64,000 nt of DNA. Source: a virus. Position 1 is the stretch's first letter. Every line of letters begins with the position of its first letter. A model generated the notes under the pieces. That model was not told the DNA's origin, made no database searches, and was given only the letters and a program-made list of their open reading frames with translations. The stretch is taken from the IMG/VR virus record IMGVR_UViG_3300027419_000023; one strand, 5' to 3'. The position numbers were made by a program, and so were the translations under genes. Below, in pieces: positions 9,913 to 19,777 of the stretch.

Positions 9913-10503
9913 ATGCCAACCTTTCAAAAGCCTTACGAGGCCTGGCAGTATGCATTGAATACCATAGATACGCATGGTAGTAAAGTCCATACTGAAGACA
10001 ATGCCCTGATCAGGGAATATCTAAACTTACACTTGGAAGTTTTGCATCCATTGGAAGGATATCCGTTGCCAGGTTCGGGTTGGGATCTGCCGGCTTTGGA
10101 TAAGTATGCATCTGATCTTTGCGAACAGTCCTATGACTTGAAAGGCTTCGACTATAACTACTGCGAACGGATGTCCCGGCAACTATACTATGCGAAGAAA
10201 ATGTTGAGGAATTATCCGACCACGAGAAGAGCTACCGTTTACTTATGGTTGCCAGAAAAAGATCTGGAAACATCCTTACATAAACCATGTCAGATCGTAG
10301 CTGATTATAAGCAACGGGAGGGTAAACTTTACGCTACTCATTTCTTTCGGTCGCATGACATAAGAGATGCTTGGCCGACCAACGTGTACGGACTAGCAAC
10401 CCTACAGAAGTCAATTGCCGAAGAACTTGGCTGTGACACGGGTTCGTTGACCACGTTCAGCGTGTCCGCACATTATTACATAGAGAAATCAAAAAGTATT
10501 TAA
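9913..10503 (+). CDS. thyA: Thymidylate synthase, short archaeal type
   Basis: TTRRA, catalytic PC, FRSHD and WPTN motifs; AGGAGG RBS. Confidence 0.85.
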   Translation: MPTFQKPYEAWQYALNTIDTHGSKVHTEDNALIREYLNLHLEVLHPLEGYPLPGSGWDLPALDKYASDLCEQSYDLKGFDYNYCERMSRQLYYAKKMLRNYPTTRRATVYLWLPEKDLETSLHKPCQIVADYKQREGKLYATHFFRSHDIRDAWPTNVYGLATLQKSIAEELGCDTGSLTTFSVSAHYYIEKSKSI

Positions 10504-10535
10504 CGTCTAACACTAACTAACATACGGTGATAGTA

Positions 10536-11081
10536 ATGGCTCTTAGTAATTGGGAAACAGCGGCATGGGACAAAAATGGCAATCCTATGCCTGGCGTTCT
10601 TACCATAGGTAGTATATCCACAGAGATATACAAGAACTGGATATATGTTAGAGATAGCGAGACCTGGAAATCTGAATCGTGTGGTTTCGGACACAACGTC
10701 GTCATGGAAATCCAGTTCGGCGACATACAGTACCGAGGATTCCGAATTAAGGCAATTCGCGGTCTTCAGAATTCCATAATGGCCGTAATACAATATGGAT
10801 ATAGTAGTGACGACAACTACCAAGTCATGTATGCAATCGGAGCTTATGCGTATTCTCGTAGGAAGTGCGTAGGTATAGTGCCAAACACGGTCAAGAAGTT
10901 TAGAGAATCAAAATTCTTTAGGGACGAGCTTATAGAATTTCCGGAATTCAAAGGTCTTGAGCAATACAATCAAGGTGATGCATTCATAGTCAAAGAGTTG
11001 TTCGGAGAACGTCCTGAGATAATCGCCACAAAAATAGGAGAATGCAAACCAACCATATTAGAGAGGATGCTCAGCAAGTAG
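10536..11081 (+). CDS. Hypothetical protein
   Basis: Promoter at about 10490-10503; GGTGA RBS. Confidence 0.55.
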   Translation: MALSNWETAAWDKNGNPMPGVLTIGSISTEIYKNWIYVRDSETWKSESCGFGHNVVMEIQFGDIQYRGFRIKAIRGLQNSIMAVIQYGYSSDDNYQVMYAIGAYAYSRRKCVGIVPNTVKKFRESKFFRDELIEFPEFKGLEQYNQGDAFIVKELFGERPEIIATKIGECKPTILERMLSK

Positions 11082-11091
11082 AGCTGGTAAT

Positions 11092-11499
11092 ATGAGAATC
11101 ATTACAAGGAATCCATCTCAATTCGTACCCAATCTTAGGGAGAGCGACCGCTATGAAAATCTGGTAATAGCGGATATAAAGGATTCTGATTCTTATCAAC
11201 GCATAGCTTGCGTTATCAATTCTGACAATAATTTGTTGACTTGGTACGGTAGCTATGATCTAAAGAATCCAAGAAGAAATGATTCACATTGCTATGAATG
11301 GGCGTGGCGCACTACTAGAAATTTATTGTTTCTAATATCAAAGTCTTGGAGGTATTGGACATCAAACGGCGATGACCTAAAAATGTACGTAGCAGAATCA
11401 CCTCAGGACGTCGTAGATGCTCTCGAAGACGCCGGAGTTACTACCCATACGGTACTTCTCGAAATCTTGGAAAAGTTCCCAAAGGAAGTAACCCAATGA
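11092..11499 (+). CDS. Paralog family B
   Basis: MRIITRNPSQFVPNLRESDRY. Confidence 0.65.
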   Translation: MRIITRNPSQFVPNLRESDRYENLVIADIKDSDSYQRIACVINSDNNLLTWYGSYDLKNPRRNDSHCYEWAWRTTRNLLFLISKSWRYWTSNGDDLKMYVAESPQDVVDALEDAGVTTHTVLLEILEKFPKEVTQ

Positions 11500-11891
11500 G
11501 AACCATTACAAAGAATCCATCTGATGTTGTACCTAACCTACTGGAATGCGACCGCTATAAGTCATTAATCGTAATTGGAATATCGCGGTCATTTGATAAC
11601 GTACGGGAAGTAGCATGCATATTTAACACTCCAAGAAATTGTCTTAATTGGTTCGGCGACCGACTGACCAGCGAAGGCTACGAATGGTTCTGGGAGAGCG
11701 AACCAGAAACAACCCTAGTTGATTTTATCATAAGGTCTTGGACTACCTGGACAAGATCGTGCCATCATCTTGAGATCTATATATTAGAAGATCTCCCGGA
11801 AGTTATAACAACCCTAGATAAGCTAGGTGTACCGCTCGGAGCCCTACGAGAAAATATAATTTCGAAATGCCCACAATCCTGGAGGAAGTGA
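11496..11891 (+). CDS. Paralog family B
   Basis: MRTITKNPSDVVPNLLECDRY. Confidence 0.65.
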   Translation: MRTITKNPSDVVPNLLECDRYKSLIVIGISRSFDNVREVACIFNTPRNCLNWFGDRLTSEGYEWFWESEPETTLVDFIIRSWTTWTRSCHHLEIYILEDLPEVITTLDKLGVPLGALRENIISKCPQSWRK

Positions 11892-11897
11892 TACCAT

Positions 11898-12263
11898 ATG
11901 AAAGAAATTAAGTTTTATCCGGACAGATCTTACGCTACCAGAATGATAAGTACTGGAACAATATCACTGGAAGAAGCTATTTCACTATGCAAGACGTATG
12001 GACTCATAGTAATGGTTCTAAAATCATCGAATGACGAGCTTGAATTCTTTCAAATCATTCGTGTATTACCAAACAACACGGTAGTAGTACTAGAAGGATG
12101 TGATTGTACAAATCGAATACATCAACCTTGGCATAATAGTAATGTTAATAATTTTATGGAAGGAATAATACATGGTTTTCCGCATACTGAGGGATATTAC
12201 GTAGAATCATTTAGAGAGGTTGTCAAGATAATTAGCGTTACTTTTCCGGGTTGGATGCTATGA
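11898..12263 (+). CDS. Hypothetical protein (possibly divergent family B)
   Basis: Similar size and YYVES segment; weak similarity. Confidence 0.5.
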   Translation: MKEIKFYPDRSYATRMISTGTISLEEAISLCKTYGLIVMVLKSSNDELEFFQIIRVLPNNTVVVLEGCDCTNRIHQPWHNSNVNNFMEGIIHGFPHTEGYYVESFREVVKIISVTFPGWML

Positions 12264-12634
12264 AGATTATTACCAAGAATCCCAGAGATGTGGTTCCTAA
12301 CATTTTAGAAAAGGATTTAGACGATAAAATATTTATAGTACTGACAGACATAGGCCACTCGACGTATCTGAGTTTTGTCGAAGAGATATCTACTGGCGGC
12401 ATGAAGTATCAGACAAGTGTTGGTAATATATGCGGGAGTATCGTCTGGTTAGGTTATTATTCCTCTACTCTAGTGGAACTACTCATACGAGAATTTAACA
12501 TATCTGGAGTTAATAATCCCAGAATTATAATACTAGAGAGTCCGGAAGATGTAGAGTATTTCATAAAGGATTATGACGTGACAAATAGTGAGTTAATTCA
12601 CAAAATAAAAAGAGCAAGCTCAGTGAGGTGGTAA
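12260..12634 (+). CDS. Paralog family B
   Basis: MKIITKNPRDVVPNILEKD. Confidence 0.65.
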   Translation: MKIITKNPRDVVPNILEKDLDDKIFIVLTDIGHSTYLSFVEEISTGGMKYQTSVGNICGSIVWLGYYSSTLVELLIREFNISGVNNPRIIILESPEDVEYFIKDYDVTNSELIHKIKRASSVRW

Positions 12635-12635
12635 T

Positions 12636-13001
12636 ATGAGAACTATTACGAGAAGCCCTGTAAATACCGTGCCAACTCTATTGGAAAGAGACATAACTAA
12701 CAATATCGTGATAGTAGTAGAAATCATCCCACCAGAGACATACCTCTGCATTTGCGAGAAAGTTCAAAATCTATGGTGCGAAGCAATCATCGGTGTAACT
12801 AATGGAAATACTATGTGGCCCGGTTTTGCAGAGCCCACCTTAATAGACTTATTAATAAAGGAATATAAATATTTTGGTGATATATGCGATAGGATCGTTA
12901 TTTTAGAATCCCGTCAGGACGTAGATAAATTCATCAAGGACTATAGTATCAGTAATAATTCGATATTGGGAAGATTATTTAGTAAGTCGTTTAAACAGTA
13001 A
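12636..13001 (+). CDS. Paralog family B
   Basis: MRTITRSPVNTVPTLLERD. Confidence 0.65.
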   Translation: MRTITRSPVNTVPTLLERDITNNIVIVVEIIPPETYLCICEKVQNLWCEAIIGVTNGNTMWPGFAEPTLIDLLIKEYKYFGDICDRIVILESRQDVDKFIKDYSISNNSILGRLFSKSFKQ

Positions 13002-13006
13002 GTATG

Positions 13007-15622
13007 CTAACCTTCCCAGCCACCTCCCAACCGTATAGCTTTTTTGGGTAACTTGGGCAACACAAAATTACTTCTATTATTTAAATAAAAGATTGCTTGG
13101 GTGAGAGCGTCGACTTGATCGTCGTGACGAGACGTGGGGAACGCTGCCAGCTCTTCGAGTAGGTCATGAAGCCAGGGAGCATTTTTGGGTTGAGGTAGCC
13201 ACACGTTACCGGACTCTATGTACGGTGTGATGGCTTGGGCTCTAACTACTTTGCCGCCCTGGGGTTCAATTGGAATGAGGCCTGGTAGCTCTCTCTTAAG
13301 CATTGTGATGACTGCAGGACCGTTTGCCTTATCTTCTATTAGTTTAGCGGTGACTCTCGGCCACTTAGCAGAAAGTGTCCTAATATTCTGCATGGTTGTT
13401 ATAATATCCATGCGGTCACGTTTCTGGTCTAGCAAATAGAAATCTCCACCTTTACGACCCCAGATTTGAATTACAACGTAGTCGGTACCGTCGGTTTCCT
13501 TGAACGTGCAATCCGCTGATAGCACTACTATATCCATATGATTTTGAAGGCTTAATGGTTCCGCTGGATAGAATTGGTTTCTGTTGGGAGGCACTGCTAT
13601 CGGATCTCCCCACCAACCCCTATTAAAGATGGTGCCTCCTGGAGGACTTGGTCTCTGTTGGTATAGGGACGACCAGGTATAAGTTCCCGCGGATATCTTA
13701 GTGGCTTCGATATCTTCCAAGGAACCGTACCGCCATGACCACAAACATTCTCCAATTTGTCGTGGGTCCTCTAGCTCTAACGGATCCTCGGCAATCATTG
13801 GAAATTTCAGGACGGTCCATTGCTCTGCCTTCGGATTAGATGCCGCAAGTGACAGTAGTCGACCTGCCAAGTCATCTGCGTGCCAACGAGTCAGCGTAAT
13901 TAATATCCGGGCATCTTGATTAAGTCGTCTGGTATAAAAATCGTTTACATACCAATTATACGTTGTATTTCGGATAGTAATGGATTCTGCGTCTTGTCGA
14001 CCTCGCAACGGATCATCTATGATACCATAGAAAAATCTCTTGCCAGTGATAGATCCGCCGACTCCCGCGCACTTATAGTAGCCTTTGTGGCCAACTATCT
14101 CGAAGTTTCCTCGGTTACGAGAAGCTGTACTGCCAACTAAACTGTTCCGGCCATTCCTACTGCTCAGGGAGACTTCTGGGAATACCTCTCGGTAGGCATC
14201 ACTGTCCATGATGCGTTGCACGTCGATATTCATGTCTTCGACTAGAGATGCTGCATAGGACGTAGCCATTATACCTACGTTCGGATTCTTGCCGAATATC
14301 CATGCGGGCAGACGCCGAGAAACCAGTTCACTGTTATGTACAACGATATCATTTGCAGTAAATGTATGATCATTCTCTATTTCTATACATCTACATTTAT
14401 GTTTGCCTACTGGAATTATACTTACAATTCTATCAGCATCATACCTATTATCAACAAATCTATTTGCTTTTACATTCCAATTAGAAAGTTTATTTTTCTT
14501 TGATCCTATTAACCTAATATACTTTTTAAACAGGTAAGAATTTGTCGCATCGGATATATTCAATGACCAAGATATATATGGTTTGCCTTTATATTTGCTA
14601 TTTTTTTGTCTTAATGTAGTTGATATTCCTAGGCGTAACATCAAACTTTGTATGGATCTCAATAAATCTCTACTAACAGAATAAAGCATTATCGTACAAT
14701 TGTTTCTATCACTATTCTTTAATCCTATATATCCATCACATGAAAAATACGACCCTATAAAAGCGGCAATTTGTTCATTTGTGCCTTTATATATCCATTC
14801 AGGTATTCGTTTCGTATATGACGTACCTACAAGACCTTTATTTCGTAGCCATTGTTTAATGCCGCCAATCACATCATACCTATATTTACCATGAGGTGAC
14901 TTATACCATTTAAATCCTAATTTTTCGATATGTTTCGTAAAATCTTTTATAATAATTTGATCGGCATTTGTAAAATTGCTAGAGTTTGATCCTTGATTAT
15001 TGGAGTTAGTTGATCCGTCACCAATAAAGTAACCAGCGATTATAAATTCATCTAATGTATTTGTTGCCGCTGGCTGTATTTTTTGATTAGTTGATATTGC
15101 TAAATAGTCTCCCAATTCAAGTTCTGATGCATTTTTCCATCCATCTGATGTTAGAAATGTATGGTCATATGCTGTTATACATTTTCTACCGTGATATGTT
15201 GATATTTCAAGGCATTCTAATTCGCCTTGATCATATATCTCTTTAACGACATCCGGTTCTCCATTTCCATTTATTACAACATCATTTATTTGTATATCAC
15301 CTAATTTTTTATATATGCCGTTATACATTAATACGGGTGTATCTATTGATAACGGTTTACCTGAACCTGGCGGCATAAATATCATTAGGCGCTTTAGATC
15401 TCCAAATGCCCATCTCTCCAAATAATCACATATGATTTTATGGTGCCAGTTCGTGTTGTAATCCGGAGAAGTGTACTGCGTAAAGTCTAGTAAGTGTTTG
15501 CGAGCCTTGGCTTTCGCTAGAGCACGTTTGCCGCGTTCTTTATTCAAAAGCAATGGAGATGGACTGCCATCCGGATTTGTTAGGGAAGACTTTAATATTG
15601 GTAAGGACATAATAACGACCAA
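13007..15622 (-). CDS. terL: Terminase large subunit, intein-containing (likely start at 15610)
   Basis: Walker A MPPGSGK|S, Walker B IIDDP, TRWHxDD, nuclease motifs IEDKANG and HDDQVDA. Confidence 0.93.
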   Translation of the reverse strand: MVVIMSLPILKSSLTNPDGSPSPLLLNKERGKRALAKAKARKHLLDFTQYTSPDYNTNWHHKIICDYLERWAFGDLKRLMIFMPPGSGKPLSIDTPVLMYNGIYKKLGDIQINDVVINGNGEPDVVKEIYDQGELECLEISTYHGRKCITAYDHTFLTSDGWKNASELELGDYLAISTNQKIQPAATNTLDEFIIAGYFIGDGSTNSNNQGSNSSNFTNADQIIIKDFTKHIEKLGFKWYKSPHGKYRYDVIGGIKQWLRNKGLVGTSYTKRIPEWIYKGTNEQIAAFIGSYFSCDGYIGLKNSDRNNCTIMLYSVSRDLLRSIQSLMLRLGISTTLRQKNSKYKGKPYISWSLNISDATNSYLFKKYIRLIGSKKNKLSNWNVKANRFVDNRYDADRIVSIIPVGKHKCRCIEIENDHTFTANDIVVHNSELVSRRLPAWIFGKNPNVGIMATSYAASLVEDMNIDVQRIMDSDAYREVFPEVSLSSRNGRNSLVGSTASRNRGNFEIVGHKGYYKCAGVGGSITGKRFFYGIIDDPLRGRQDAESITIRNTTYNWYVNDFYTRRLNQDARILITLTRWHADDLAGRLLSLAASNPKAEQWTVLKFPMIAEDPLELEDPRQIGECLWSWRYGSLEDIEATKISAGTYTWSSLYQQRPSPPGGTIFNRGWWGDPIAVPPNRNQFYPAEPLSLQNHMDIVVLSADCTFKETDGTDYVVIQIWGRKGGDFYLLDQKRDRMDIITTMQNIRTLSAKWPRVTAKLIEDKANGPAVITMLKRELPGLIPIEPQGGKVVRAQAITPYIESGNVWLPQPKNAPWLHDLLEELAAFPTSRHDDQVDALTQAIFYLNNRSNFVLPKLPKKAIRLGGGWEG
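14333..15355 (-). mobile_element. Intein (341 aa) with LAGLIDADG homing endonuclease, inserted in TerL Walker A
   Basis: GK|PLSIDT...VVHN|S junctions; AGYFIGDG and GSYFSCDG motifs; more AT-rich than the exteins. Confidence 0.9.
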
Positions 15623-15655
15623 AATGTTTAAATATAAAACAACTAATAACTACTT

Positions 15656-15982
15656 ATGAAACACGTTATTCCAGAAGGAAAGGCAGTAGAAAAATTGAAT
15701 GGTAATACGATTTCTACGAAGCATATAGATATTAATAAAATAGTAGTGGTTACCCGACGCACGATATATAAAACAGACGAACTTTTCATGCTGGTCCAGA
15801 CCGCTGAATTGCCTGGAAAATGGCATTTGGCTAGTTTAACCCATTCAGTAAATCACTTATATCACAGGAATGCATCTACTCCCTTTGAGATACTTGACGA
15901 AATTACCTACAAAGATGACCACATATATCAATTCGAAGATCCGTCTGAGTTTGTTCAGTGGTTATCCAAGAATATAAGTTAA
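15656..15982 (+). CDS. Hypothetical protein
   Basis: Own promoter ACCAAAATGTTTAAATA at about 15618. Confidence 0.55.
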   Translation: MKHVIPEGKAVEKLNGNTISTKHIDINKIVVVTRRTIYKTDELFMLVQTAELPGKWHLASLTHSVNHLYHRNASTPFEILDEITYKDDHIYQFEDPSEFVQWLSKNIS

Positions 15983-16218
15983 TTCGTTTTTGTGGGTACT
16001 TTACTGACAGAAAGTGAAGTACCTTCTCGCTCGCCATCGAAACTTACTATCCTGAGTACGATGTTGCCAAGGCCGTTCTTCTTGCAAGGTTCGCAAATGG
16101 TTTTTTTGTCCATTAGGACCTTCACGTTGTTGGATGACAATGACTTGTTGGACTGCAATGACGTTTTGTTATGGCAGTTAGGACACTCTAAAAAAATTTT
16201 CATGAATATTATCCTCAT
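15979..16218 (-). CDS. Small Zn-ribbon protein
   Basis: CPNC...CEPC. Confidence 0.5.
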   Translation of the reverse strand: MRIIFMKIFLECPNCHNKTSLQSNKSLSSNNVKVLMDKKTICEPCKKNGLGNIVLRIVSFDGEREGTSLSVSKVPTKTN

Positions 16219-16236
16219 GTTATTTATAGTAATTAT

Positions 16237-16593
16237 CTAATAAATTCCTTTTACAGGTAAACCAGCTAATGCTCTTTCAGCTAGGTAATCTCCGAATAAT
16301 CCTTCAATTACTTCTTCGTATCCCCAATGCCATAGGAAATAGTAGGTATCGGATTCATAGTACTTAACGGATGCAAGTTCCCTTTTCCAGGCTTGTCGTC
16401 TCCTAGTTCTGATCCGGTAATCCTTCCAGCCTCTCATACGTCCCCATTGTTGCCAGGGATGGTAGTCTCTTATAGTGTATTTAAATAAGTTTTGCTCAGG
16501 TATCTTGTTAGAAGTTATCCAACCACGGTATCCTGGTCCCAACAATAATGGATGCTTATTGTATGCTCGGAGAGTTCTGGTCAAAGAAGTCAA
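16237..16593 (-). CDS. Basic/aromatic protein, paralog of 20860..21078
   Basis: TLRAYNK...YHPWQQ...RRQAWKREL. Confidence 0.55.
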   Translation of the reverse strand: MTSLTRTLRAYNKHPLLLGPGYRGWITSNKIPEQNLFKYTIRDYHPWQQWGRMRGWKDYRIRTRRRQAWKRELASVKYYESDTYYFLWHWGYEEVIEGLFGDYLAERALAGLPVKGIY

Positions 16594-16629
16594 CTCCTTA
16601 TTAACTTATTATAAGGGCATTGCTAACAT

Positions 16630-17067
16630 TTACAGTCGGAACTTAACTTGGTAACCGCGGCCAGGTACTCTATATTTCCGCGGATTATCGTAGTTCTGAG
16701 CTGGTCCAGTACCTAACGTATAAAGACCGGACAATAGTGATCCTTCCCAATGGAACGGTCTGTTACCACGCTGTGAACCAGTATCCAGTACGGGTTCGTT
16801 CTCCTTGTAGAGATACCAGTTCTTTTGCTCGCCAGAAGCAAACATGTTGTACGTATGGTCACTGATACCTCCGGTCTTCTTGTCAATGATAGTTAGGTAA
16901 CTGACGGAACCGCTAGTACCGTCTTGTTGTACGACTCGCTTCTGTTTGATGGTCAGGTCTTCGAACTTTAACAGTAAAGTGATGTCGTCGGTCGGAGTTG
17001 CATCCTCGGATGTACTGGTAGGTTCTATCATTTCTTCTCCGCTTTCAGGTTTAGATTTTCTTCCCAT
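16630..17067 (-). CDS. Hypothetical protein
   Basis: AGGAG RBS. Confidence 0.55.
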   Translation of the reverse strand: MGRKSKPESGEEMIEPTSTSEDATPTDDITLLLKFEDLTIKQKRVVQQDGTSGSVSYLTIIDKKTGGISDHTYNMFASGEQKNWYLYKENEPVLDTGSQRGNRPFHWEGSLLSGLYTLGTGPAQNYDNPRKYRVPGRGYQVKFRL

Positions 17068-17199
17068 GGTTTATTCTCCTTGTTCTTACGTTCCTTCTTT
17101 GTCTAACTTTTTCTGGCAACTGGCACAAATTGGCTTCTCCCAGTTCGGGATCTTCTTGCCGCAGATCTTACATTTCTTAATGGAAATCACCGCTAAAAG

Positions 17200-17250
17200 T
17201 TTCAGTCGGGATTCGAACCCAAGAAACACTACCAAAAATAGTAACTGAAA
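17200..17250 (-). ncRNA. Miniature tRNA-like element (closing stem, one hairpin, T-arm)
   Basis: TTTCAGT/ACTGAAA closing stem; GGG-TTCGAAT-CCC T-arm; ACTATT/GGTAGT hairpin; intergenic. Confidence 0.45.
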
Positions 17251-17292
17251 ACAGAACTATATAACACGATAAATAAAGATGGATGACGGGAC

Positions 17293-17748
17293 TTACACCC
17301 AGCCCCAGACACCATTACTACCAAGCTTATAGACTCCGCCCATACGGCTTGCGGACAGCCAGGACACTACTCCCCAGGCAGCAAGATCGTCGTTATTCTT
17401 AATGCCGAGTTCTCCGGATTCGACAGTTGGCAACACGTAATATGCCGTATGGATGCCAAGGTTACCGCGATCAGGCAGCTCTACGTCGAAGGTCGTGTCC
17501 CCAGTAGCTAACGAGATATTGCCCTCGTCCTTAACGGTCTGTCCAAACACGTTAATGAACTTCAGGTTGCCGACTACTGGAGCACTTGGATTAGTTACTG
17601 TGACCTTGTCTCCCGTTGGGTCGATCATACTAAGGTAGGGCGCCCCCTTACCAAAGACATCGCTGTTATAAGGTATACCAGCTGCTGCAAGTCCAAGCAC
17701 GATACCAAGGGCCATTACAAGCCCTACCAACTTTCCAAGCGTTGTCAT
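17293..17748 (-). CDS. Secreted/surface protein
   Basis: N-terminal signal peptide (..LVMALGIVLGLAAA); GGAGAGG RBS; promoter at about 17800-17817. Confidence 0.6.
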   Translation of the reverse strand: MTTLGKLVGLVMALGIVLGLAAAGIPYNSDVFGKGAPYLSMIDPTGDKVTVTNPSAPVVGNLKFINVFGQTVKDEGNISLATGDTTFDVELPDRGNLGIHTAYYVLPTVESGELGIKNNDDLAAWGVVSWLSASRMGGVYKLGSNGVWGWV

Positions 17749-18168
17749 TTTTTATCCTCTCCAAGTTTTTCTTAACAATAACTACTATACGTTATTCATA
17801 TATAAAGGTTTTGGTTAGGTACGTTCAACTACCGGACATAACCCACAGTACAGGACGATACCCTGTTCTGTATTGTATTTTCGGAGCATACCACATTGTT
17901 CCGAACATAATATTAGGCTTTTCTTCCCTATGGAAAGTAATGGACATATTGATAGACCAAGTTCAATCAATGTTCCACCTGCTCCAAGAATATTTTAATA
18001 TAATATGCCCTATAATATAAGATACAAATATTACTAATAATATCGAGATGAAGTAAACACCTAGTAAATTGCCCCACATATCAATAGCTATGTAAAAAAA
18101 AGACTACCGTGGATATAACAAAGAATCCAACTAGGATCGTAAATATTACTTCCAACCAGTCCATAAGA

Positions 18169-18366
18169 TCAATCCATCCGTAGTCCCAGTTGGTTGGCAA
18201 ACCATCCCAGAACATACATGAATAGTGGCAGCAAGAGTAACATATAATATCCAACGATACTACATAAGATAAGGACACCAGAGCTCACTATTACTATCAT
18301 ACCTATTAGTATTAACAACATTAAGCCGTTAAACATTGTATCAAGTATCGACATTTCTTGTTTCAT
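18169..18366 (-). CDS. Small membrane protein
   Basis: Hydrophobic; GGAGTG RBS. Confidence 0.45.
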   Translation of the reverse strand: MKQEMSILDTMFNGLMLLILIGMIVIVSSGVLILCSIVGYYMLLLLPLFMYVLGWFANQLGLRMD

Positions 18367-18370
18367 AATA

Positions 18371-19021
18371 TCACTCCATGTTACTATCTAGTATTTTAAC
18401 TTTTTGGTTTTCAATTACGGCGTATCGATAACGATCGGGACCGAACCCAACTTCGCAATACGGGTCAATGCTTACGAAGTTAATCAATTTAGGACCGTAC
18501 TTATCTATCCAGCCTGGTGGAGTATGGCCTACGATCTGACGTAGTCCGACTTTAGGTGCATAATATTCGCTAGGACGATACCACAGTATGGACTGGTCAC
18601 TCCAATGGTCTCGCAACGGCATGGCATTCAAATAGTCGGATATCTCGTGGGCCGTATTTAAGTCCATATCGAAGTACCTGTCGTAAAATACCTGAGATAA
18701 GCCAGCATGACTTATCAAAATGTCGTCTTGGTACGTTGACAACTTGAAACTATCAAACAGGGAATCTAACTTACTGTAAATTTCCTTGCCATACGTGGAC
18801 GTTGGATGGATATGCTGGCCGATCAGCGGAGCTAAGTCATGATTGCCCCACAATAATTCGGCATTGTTTTCCAATAGGACGTCCAGGCAGCCCATTGGGT
18901 CAGGTCCGATATCCAAAAGATCTCCAGAAAATATTAGACGGTCCCAGGACTTAGCGTGCTCTAGGACGTTCGTAACGAGATGTGGTTGACCGTGGCAATC
19001 TGAGAGTACTAATGTTTTCAT
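18371..19021 (-). CDS. Calcineurin-like metallophosphoesterase
   Basis: SDCHG, GDLLDIG, GNHD, HAG, GHT motifs. Confidence 0.88.
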   Translation of the reverse strand: MKTLVLSDCHGQPHLVTNVLEHAKSWDRLIFSGDLLDIGPDPMGCLDVLLENNAELLWGNHDLAPLIGQHIHPTSTYGKEIYSKLDSLFDSFKLSTYQDDILISHAGLSQVFYDRYFDMDLNTAHEISDYLNAMPLRDHWSDQSILWYRPSEYYAPKVGLRQIVGHTPPGWIDKYGPKLINFVSIDPYCEVGFGPDRYRYAVIENQKVKILDSNME

Positions 19022-19524
19022 GAGGGTGGTATCTCCAGGTCGCCCGTAGGAGAAGTTACAATATCCAATTTGTTATGATCGCGGCAATCTTTGGTAACTT
19101 CGAGAGACTCAAAGAATTCCTTGTTATCTCTGTTTCTATGATTCTCGGCTAATCTATTGATCCGAGTCATAAGCTCATCCGGAATCTCTCGGTATAACTG
19201 GTCTAATGTGTCATCTCGCTGGCCGGACCAAGAATCTTGATCTGTTAACGATGGCCAGCCAAAACAAGACCATTCTGCATTGAACTTTATTTCCTGGAAG
19301 CCAACTGCCTTAAGTTCCCTGATCACATCCTCATGAATGTCTTGATATGAAACTCCGTCGTAACATATTCGGCGAGGGTTACTTTCAACTATGTCGGAGA
19401 GTACTTTTATTATAGCCTGGGAAACATATTCATGAAGTTGATCTGGAGTTAGTTCCTGGTCAAAAGCTAGTTGAGCGTATTCACTTTCCTCGTAGGAACC
19501 GAAGCCGACATTATAAATATACAT
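19018..19524 (-). CDS. Hypothetical protein
   Basis: Coupled ORF with GGAGG RBS. Confidence 0.55.
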   Translation of the reverse strand: MYIYNVGFGSYEESEYAQLAFDQELTPDQLHEYVSQAIIKVLSDIVESNPRRICYDGVSYQDIHEDVIRELKAVGFQEIKFNAEWSCFGWPSLTDQDSWSGQRDDTLDQLYREIPDELMTRINRLAENHRNRDNKEFFESLEVTKDCRDHNKLDIVTSPTGDLEIPPS

Positions 19525-19525
19525 T

Positions 19526-19777
19526 TTAGACCTCCACGGTGATAATACTAATTGAATTGTTCATTTTTAACAAGTTTCCATTAAAATCTATTATATAGGT
19601 GTGGCCACTGTCGTTGAACGTGGTCCTCGCCAATATGACAATTGGTACTGACTGTGCTTGAACAGTTGTTTGAATTTCCTCGGAAGGCTCCTCTTCCAGG
19701 TATGTTAATAAAGTAACGGCACCCACGATTATTGTTGCGAGAGCCGCTAATACCGTTATGGTTTCAATTAGTTTCAT
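19526..19777 (-). CDS. Single-TM membrane protein
   Basis: N-terminal hydrophobic helix. Confidence 0.5.
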   Translation of the reverse strand: MKLIETITVLAALATIIVGAVTLLTYLEEEPSEEIQTTVQAQSVPIVILARTTFNDSGHTYIIDFNGNLLKMNNSISIITVEV

